Position numbers and translations under genes: made by a program
NCBI GenBank assembly: GCA_951406725.2
Contig: OX597829.1
Coordinates: forward strand, 51,956,001-52,020,000
Origin: Octopus vulgaris
Lineage: Eukaryota
Length of the DNA: 64,000 nucleotides
Direction of reading: 5' to 3'
Part shown: in pieces, positions 27,001 to 36,000 of the stretch
Layout: each line of letters starts with the position of its first letter
Position numbering within the stretch: the stretch's first letter is position 1
The notes under the pieces: generated by a model
What the model saw: the letters and a program-made list of their open reading frames with translations, nothing else
The model's database searches: none
What the model was told of the DNA's origin: nothing

Positions 27001-30000
27001 ACTATAATTAAAGCCTAGACTACATAACCAAAAAATATATTATCTAAACGAATTTAAACTAAACTAAAGTAACCTAATAGGGAACTATTATTGCTATTTA
27101 TCATGAAACTTATTATATAGGTAAAGTAACTTATGTCTGCATTTTATTTTGCACTCTTCACCAGTATTAAGTAAATTATCATACTTATAAAATAAAATTT
27201 CTTTAAACTCATTAGAGCATAAATAACAACAATTAGCTCCTATAGTATATGATTTAGTTTTACAAATTATTTCCCAAATTAAACTATAATTAATATTTAG
27301 TGATTTAAGATTCCAAATGTACTTACTAAGTCCGGTTGAGTTGATTAAGTTTTTATTTTTAAAAGAATTCATATGTTGTGCGATTCTTAGTTTTATTTTT
27401 GAGGAAGTAGAACCTATATAAACCGCTTTTGGGTAATTATTATTCTTAAAGTTATTATCATGTAATGTAACTATACATTTATACACTACATCGTTAATAT
27501 CACAATTATTATTTAATATACAATTAGATTTATCTCTACATGTACAATTAATATAAGTCTTATCATTATTAATATTATTATCAAATAATTTCTTTTTATA
27601 AAAATTATTCAGTTTATATTTATTAAATGAAGAAATAATGTTACCAACATTATTAGTGGTAGAATAACCAACTCCAAAATTATTAAAAGAGAAAATGTTT
27701 CTATATTTACGATTATCTCTAATAAATAGTTCTATAACATCTAAAATCTCTTTAATAATATTCGTTTTTACTTGATCTCCATAAGGAACTATTAACCAAA
27801 TTTTATTCTTATTAACCTTAATATTATTATCATTATTATAAATATATTTATAATTCTTTATTTTATTAAAATTATTATCAGAATTATATCTATGTACAGC
27901 ATTTAAGGAATTATTAATATTATTAATTTTATCAATATAATTATTATAATAATTATTAAATTTATTTTTATTTTTATTATTCTTATTTATATTATTATTA
28001 TTATTATATTTATTATTATTCTTATTTATATTTTTATCATTTTTATTATTTTTTTTTTTTTATAATATCTATTATTTTTACCACTAAACCTAACAAAATT
28101 ATAATTATTATTAGAAGTATCTTGAAAATTATCAATTAAATCTTTATCACTAATATTATAAAATTTAATATTCCTATTATAACCTGCCCCTCTAAGGGCC
28201 TCATTATAATAATTAGCATGTTTATTAAAAATCTCTATATCATAAGAGAGTAATGAAATACGTTTACTTATATTATTAATCAACGATTTTTTAATAGAAA
28301 ATGGGTGATTACTATTAACATTTATATATCTAAGGTTCTCATTAAGTTTATGATATGGTTGTGTTTTACCTGTAATAAGATTAAAATTAACATCTAAATA
28401 ATTAACATTATAATTCTCCTTATATATAGTAATACTTAAACCATATCTTTTAAAGAAACTATATAGTTTTTTTCTTATATACTTCTAGATTCCTATTAGT
28501 ACAATTCTTTGTAACTAGTAGAAGATCGTCTCTATATAAACCACCCTCTATCTTAAGATTTTCTAATTGGAGTTCAGATAAAAGAAAAATACCTACTAAA
28601 TCAGTAGCCTGTGCAGAATCTGGTGCTCCCATAGGTATATCAAAACAATCTCTAGTATCATTCCTAGCCCATAATTTATTTTTATATTTAATTAGCGATT
28701 TCCTAGCCATTTTAATTACATTAACTTCTTCCCGTGACATACCCACTTTATTCATTGTGAAAATAAGCGCTTTATTAAACACAATTTCATTAATAGAAGA
28801 ATAATAATTATCTATATCTATTTGAATAAATTTATAACGATTTTTATCTTTAATATTATTAAACCATTTCAATGTATTATTATTACTAAACCATAATTTT
28901 AAATAATTAAGTTTATTTAACTTATCAATATATTTATCTAAAATAAATTTACTTAATTTACCTAGGTCCGATTTACATGGGCAAATTAATCTAACTTTAG
29001 GGTCTGAATAAAAATTATCTTTATGGTCTTTAAGAGTAATTCTGGGGTGCAAAGGTACATAAGGTTCAGTTTTATTATCCAACTCATATTTTAACATTAC
29101 TACTTTAGAGGCCTTATTAATATTATAAAGAATATCATCTGGAACAATTTTATATTTTTTAATTATTTCTTTCCCTAATAGTTTATCATATAATTTAACA
29201 TCTAATTTATATAGGTTCCTTGTTTTATCAGATTGTACTATAATACCATCCATATTTCTCATATCTTTAATTTTAATTGCTAAATTCCTTAAATATTCAT
29301 TATTTCTATTTGGGTATTTATGGAATTCAATATTTTTTACCACCTTCCATATACTATCTTCAAGTAATTGTAATTCTTTATTAAATGGAGGTTCCTTTCT
29401 AGATTTAAATTTAGAGGTAAAATTATCATTCCTACTATCAATATCATTAAATAAATAAAAATTATAGTAAAAAGCTTTCCATTTAATTCTAGAAATAAAA
29501 TCCTTAACATTATTAACAAGTTTCAAGATAAATTCCTTTCTAGAAGGAATAGGAATATCTTTCAAAGATGAATCCCAAAACAGCGGTTCTATCTTACCTG
29601 TAAAATCCATAATTTACGAAATTGAGGTATTACACTCAATATACAAAATTATCAATATTATATAAATAATAAATATTAGGGAATTACACACTCATATACA
29701 TACGTATCAAGCTCGACATCCACAGCAATACGCTTACACCCACTCACACCTAGATGGGTGAATTGCACAACCAGGGAACGCACACACACACGTGTGCGTA
29801 TTTTGATTGTGCAACTCGCCCATATGCATGTATGCGGGCGCGATTACATTGTTGCATATATCGAGCCCAACTAGCATGCATATGTACATGTGAGGGGGTA
29901 CACGCACATGCCGTGCGCGTGTACCCCCTGCATTTTTACCCGTGCGTGAATATACACATGGAGACTACCACACAGGTACAAATGTGTATAGTAATGGGAG

Positions 30001-33000
30001 CCCCATCACTACACTCAATGTATACTCTCACCCATCCGCACGGATGTGAAAGCGAATCTCCGGTGTATATGTTGAGGCTTATATGTAGCGCTGTGGAGGT
30101 GAACGTCGTTGAAATTGTGAATGTATGGGTGGTGTTGGGAATTGTAACCGGGTGGTGGGCTAGCGTTGCTTGGAATTGGGAATGGAATAGTGTAGTAGTA
30201 AGGCAGGCATCGAGAATAGTTTTGGGTTACTGCAAGTTGTTTGTTGGAGCTGCTAGGATGAGCTAAAGCTCATAAATGTATATAATAATTTATCATGGTA
30301 GTTTTATTAAAGAATCCATTCATAATAAATTTTTTTTTTAAGTAGTGTTGGTTTGCCACGTGGATATAGTTTTTAGTTCCATTTATTCTATTTCTCCATT
30401 CATAATTTTAAATGACGTTTACTTTCCATGGCGCGTATTCTTTTTTTACATAAGTTATATTTCTATGGTAACGTAATTTTGGTTTGATTTTTTAACGGCT
30501 AAGAATTTAATTTCACTTCATAATTTGAAACTGACTTGTAAGTATGTATTTTATTTCTCCTTATGTCATATTGTTATTTTTGATATTCTGGTTAATTACG
30601 ATGTATTTAATGTTGTTTTTCATTGAGTGTTTATGTATATGAGATTGTGTGTGAGTTTTTAGTTGTATAATTTATTTATCTGTATGAGTGTGGGTGTGTA
30701 AATATTGTTGTATATATCGAGTTTAGTGAGTATGTATATGCGTATATGTGAGGGAGTATATGTATCTGTTGTGTGTGTGTGTTTTGCGTGTGTGTGTGTT
30801 TGTGTGTGAATGTGTATATGGGTTTGTTATTTAGGTTTTGGGATGTATGTGTTAATTTGTCTGTGTGGGGAGGGAGTGGGTTTTTGGTGTATATTGAGGT
30901 TTATAAGTTAGTATAGGTATGTGTATAAGTCGTGGGTCTGTGGTTTACGTGTGTGTATTTGTGTGTGAATGTTTAGGTTAGGGGGATTGCTATATAGGTT
31001 TGTTATAGAGTTTAGCAAAGGGAGATTTTATCGTTATATGTTTTTAAGAGTTTTGGTTTATCATGGTTTTTTTAGGGAATTCGTGGTAATTTGTCTATTT
31101 TCGATGTTGGTTGTTTTATTACATTGTTTCATTCATAATTTTTGAGTGGTGTTCGTTTTGCCACGTGAATATTATTTTTAATTCCATTTATTCCATTTCT
31201 CCATTCATTATTTTAAAAGATGTTCGTTTCCAGAGCGGTTATACTTTTTATACATATGTTAAGTTCCTTGGTAAAGTAATTTTGTTTGGTGTATATGTTG
31301 AGGCTTATATGTACTTGTGTGTGTGTGTGAGTGGGGTGGGTGTTTGTATTTGTTATGGGTGTGTGGTTTACGTGTGTGTATTTGTGTGTGAATGTATAGG
31401 TTAAAGGGATTGCTATATAAGTATGTTATAGTGTTTAGTAAAGGGAGGTTTTATCATTTATGTTTTGTGAGTTTTAGCTTATTATGGTAGTTTTATAAAA
31501 GAATCCATTCATAATTTTTGTGTTTATTTGTCTGTGTGGGGTTGAGTGGGTTTTTGGAGTATATGTTGAGGTTTATATGTATGTATAGGTATGTGTAAGT
31601 GGTGTGGGTATTTGTATGTGTCGTGGGTGTGTGGTTTACGTGTGTGTATTTGTGTGTGAATGTTTAGGTTGGGGGGATTGCTATATAGGTATGTTACAGA
31701 GTTTAGTAAAGGGAGATTTTATCATTATATGTTTTTATGAGTTTTGGTTTATCATGGTAGGTTTGTTAAGGAATTCGTAGTAATTTGTGTCTGTTTGCGA
31801 TGTCTGTTGTTTTATTGTATTGTTTCATTCATAATTTTTAAGTAGTGTTCGTTTTACCAAGTGAATATAATTTTTAATTCCATTTATTCCATTTCTCCGT
31901 TCATAATTTTAAGTGATGTCCGTTTTCTAGAGCGTGAATGTGGGTTGTATGTGTGTGTGTGTGGGAGTATGAATAAGTATTGTGTTGAAGTATTTAGCTA
32001 TTTTATTTATTTATAGTTGCCTAGACGTTTTTATGTGTATAGGGATATATATATAGGTGTGTGATTTAGTGTATGTAGTTAGATATGGTTATATATAATT
32101 AGGTATATGTGTATGGGTGTATATATAGTTTATTATTATATTATTATTATTTTTTTGTTTTGTTTTATATTTTATATTTAATTGTTGATAGGTTTATTTT
32201 AGTTTATATATTGTTTATTTATTGATTATATATGGATTATATATAGGTTATATATGGATTATATATTTATATTTTTTCATTCATACTTTAATTATTTTAA
32301 AATTATTATTTTTATATTTTAAAATATTGATATTTTAGATTGGAAGTCCACCTGAAGATTGTCGATCAAGACAAGAAACAATTGTAGTGGCGGTTTTTTT
32401 GACTATTTATTAAAATTTTATGTATTGATTAAGTCTTTCCTTGTTTGTTTTGCAAAATAGTGGTTTTGTCTCTAATAATATTGTATAATATTTTACTATA
32501 AAATTGGATTTAATCCTAAATCTGATTTTTCCCCTGTAAATTTGGATTTATTCCCTAATATTTATTATTATATATATATATATATATACTAGCAGCTAAA
32601 CCCAGTTTCACTCGGTCTGTTTGGATGATGTGGCTGTGATCGTTTTCGGCTAGGCGTAATCTATAACACCGCTTCTCAACCTTATCATTTTGTATGTAGG
32701 ACTACATAACTCAATGAGTCCTTTCTTTTGGGACATGTGGTTGTTATTTTTAACAGGTCAATCTACCCACTTAGAATCTGGTGTGTATCACAGTATGGGG
32801 GAAACAAACACTGATTGTGTCAAGCAGTGTGGGTGAGCACACGTGATAGGCTTCTTAGCAATTTCTGACTCCCAGAGCATTGTTCAGTGTGGGGCTGTAG
32901 CAGAAGGCATTTGACTGAGGTGTTGTGCAGTGGTACTGAACCTGAAACCATATGGTTGGTAAAATGAGCTTTGTAATCACACGGCCATACCTGTATTTGA

Positions 33001-36000
33001 TCATTATCATCAGTTAATATCCATTTTCCGTGCTGGCATGGGTTGGATGGTTTGACAGGAGCTGGCAAGACCAAGGGCAACGCTTGGTTCCATATTCTGT
33101 TTTGGTATGGTTTCATCATCATCATCATTGTTTAACGTCCGTTTTCCAGACGTTAAACAATGATGATGATGATGAAACCATACCAAAACAGAATATGGAA
33201 CCAAGCGTTGCCCTTGGTCTTGCCAGCTCCTGTCAAACCATCCAACCCATGCTCGCTTTCATTGTTTGGATATCCTTCCTAACTCTTTACAGAGTGTACA
33301 GGGTGCTTTCTATGTGGTACAAGCTCTGACATGACTACCTAGTACCCTGCAAGCCAAGAACTCCTCAACTGGGATAGGGAGAGTGGCATTTAAGATGGTA
33401 TGGCTTTGTGCTAGTTGAAAGATTTGAGGTATAGAGAGGACAGATGTAGATGTTGTCTGTGGCAGTTTTTAACAAATGGTAAGCTTGAATTTGTTTAAAT
33501 TACAGATATCGTTTTTACTAAAACAACTGAAAAATGGGTCAGAGGAAGAAGATAGCCCAGTGCCAAAAGGTGTACACGCAGCACGTAATGTAAGTAGTTA
33601 TTTTTCTTTTTTTCTGTTTCTATTTTAACCGTTTAGCTTTCAAATCTCTTTGTCCAATTTATTGCTTCTTTCTTCACATTGTTTTGGAATTAATCATCCA
33701 TTATTTCATGGCTTCAAGATTTCAATGGTGTTTGTGTATTTTTAGAAAGACATTGTAGGTACGTGTGAGAGGTTGAATCTGGTCAGTTTTAACTTAGAAC
33801 AGGTAGAATATTTTGGCTGGATATGGCCAGTTTAAATGCTTATGGGTTAAATATTTCCTGAAATATTTCTTACTTTTCAACTTAGCTGATATTAATTACA
33901 ATTTGAATTGTGTGATAAATTTAAAAAAAAGATTCCTTACAATGTTTTTGTACTAGAAATAAAGTTAATTTTTTAATGTCCCAGGGAGACTGGTGTCTGT
34001 GACTAATGCCACTTTACTATGTCATTTAGTCTTTTGGGGCTTAAAGAGTTCAAATGAATTATTAATTTTAAATGATATTTTGATGACAAAATTTCAGCAT
34101 TTAGATATCATCATCCACTTTCCCTTGGTTGCATGAATTGGACTGGAATTATGGTGGTAGATTTTTCTATGACTGGATGCCCTTCCTGTCGCAAACATTT
34201 GCCTTTTCTAAGCAAGGTAATATTTCATCAAGCCCAGGCATATTTTTGCACAATACTGGAAATGAATGTTTTAACAATCATGTGATGTTAAGAGAGGCAC
34301 TTGCACACACTGATATTTCTTCATGTTTCTGTCTTAGGAGATAAACTCACAAGGCTTTGGTTGGCCTGGGGCTATAAGACACTTGCCTAAGGTATGGTTG
34401 AACCCAAAATTGGCTGGGAAGCAAACTTCTCAATCACACAGCTACATCTGTATTTATCTATGGATGGATAATTAAATAAAAAAAATTCGTCATCAAAGAC
34501 TAAATTTGGAAAATATATATCAAATGATGATAATAAAAGTTTAAATTTTCGTATTTATTGACTTTTTGTATATCTATTTCTTTTTAGACCATTTTTGTTC
34601 CTGACACTCCAGATATTTTAGATAATGACCCAGACTATCACCCTGATAGCTCCATGGAATTCGACACACCTTATATGAAAGTGACCAAGAAACAAGCAAA
34701 ACCTGTGAGTTTAGAATTTTTCAAAATTTACACTTCATATTTGGCTGTAATCAACTCTGGCTATTACACACATTCTGTCAGGAATTCTTTACACTTGTGA
34801 TTTTTTTTGTTCTTATTTTTTTTTCCCTGTAATTTACACAGTTTTATCTGATGCTTATTTCCATTTGTAATAATTTATAAAATTAAGGCTTGAGTCAGTC
34901 TTCACAAATGATGGATGCTTAAGGTCCAATACTAGTAAATGGAGGAGTTTTCGGTAGTTTAGATTATCTCCCCTTCTCACATGGTGCTGGTCTTAAATTA
35001 CTATTTGGTAATTGTGGCACATCCTCTAGCAGCAGAGAATTTTAATAAATCAAGAATTTATATTGTATGGTGTTTAATATACCCATATTTGTCTACAATG
35101 TACATATGCATGCTACTGGGTTCGATTATTTCCCTTGGCTCACTTTTTGTCTAAATTAAGAATCAACCCAAAAGCATCCCCCCCCACTCGCTTCACAGTG
35201 TAAAGGATAGAGGAGAAAATAAGGAAAATGGTATTTCTTTTCTTTTTAATTTACTTGAGTCAGAAAAGAACGCTTGGTGCCCATTTTCTCTTGCAGACCC
35301 TTCAAGACCACGGGTTCTTAACTTTTGTTTTTTGTAGCACTCCTTTTTAAGTAGTTGTCATGCCTAGTTCTCATCCAAGTGATGTTTGAGGTATCACAAC
35401 TTACTTAACTGAACATAGATGATAATCTTACTCTAAAAGTGGATTGTATAAGCTTTTAACAGGTCATTAGGGCGGCGAGCTGGCAGAATCGTTAGCACGC
35501 CGGGGGTGAAATGCTTAGCAGTATTTCGTCTGCCGCTACGTTCTGAGTTCAAATTCCGCTGAGGTCGACTCTGCCTTTCATCCTTTTGGGGTCGATTAGA
35601 GATGTACCAGTCACACACTGGGGTCGATATAATCGACTTAATCTGTTTGTGTGTCCTTGTTTGTCCCCTCTGTGTTTAGCCCCTTGTGGGTAATAAAGAA
35701 ATAGGTATAAGCTTTTAACAGTGAAATGATAAAAAAATTGATAAAGACACCAGTTGCAAATTTACTTTATACAAGTTAGTGACTTCCCTGTACCCGATGA
35801 GGTCTCATTTTATTTTAATAACCATTACTAGGTTTATTATGTATAATATAATTACTACTATTGGTACAATTTAGTATGTTTATTATGTTACCTCACTGCA
35901 CCTCCTTGGAGGTGGGATTACCTTCTTTGAGAACCTCTGCTCTGGACAGATATAAATTGTCTGAATAAGGAAGAAATCCTAGACATTTGCTTTTCTGGTA

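Larger units (their letters stand above)
24013..32570 (-). mobile_element. Penelope-like retroelement (Naiad-type) with long inverted arms, inserted in (TA)n in a KIF4 intron
   Basis: RT + GIY-YIG coding region 29610-27094; inverted arms 24016-26297 vs 29685-29901 + 30421-32482; hammerhead in each arm; (TA)n on both sides. Confidence 0.92.

Noticed and set aside
27094-27560. Possible selenocysteine (in-frame TGA) use, as described for some Naiad PLEs
   Set aside because: The conserved Cys codons I read in the linker and endonuclease are TGT/TGC, with no in-frame TGA
29754-30266. 170-aa ORF and mirrored short ORFs in the PLE arms
   Set aside because: Low-complexity GT/AC-skewed non-coding arm sequence with no recognisable motifs
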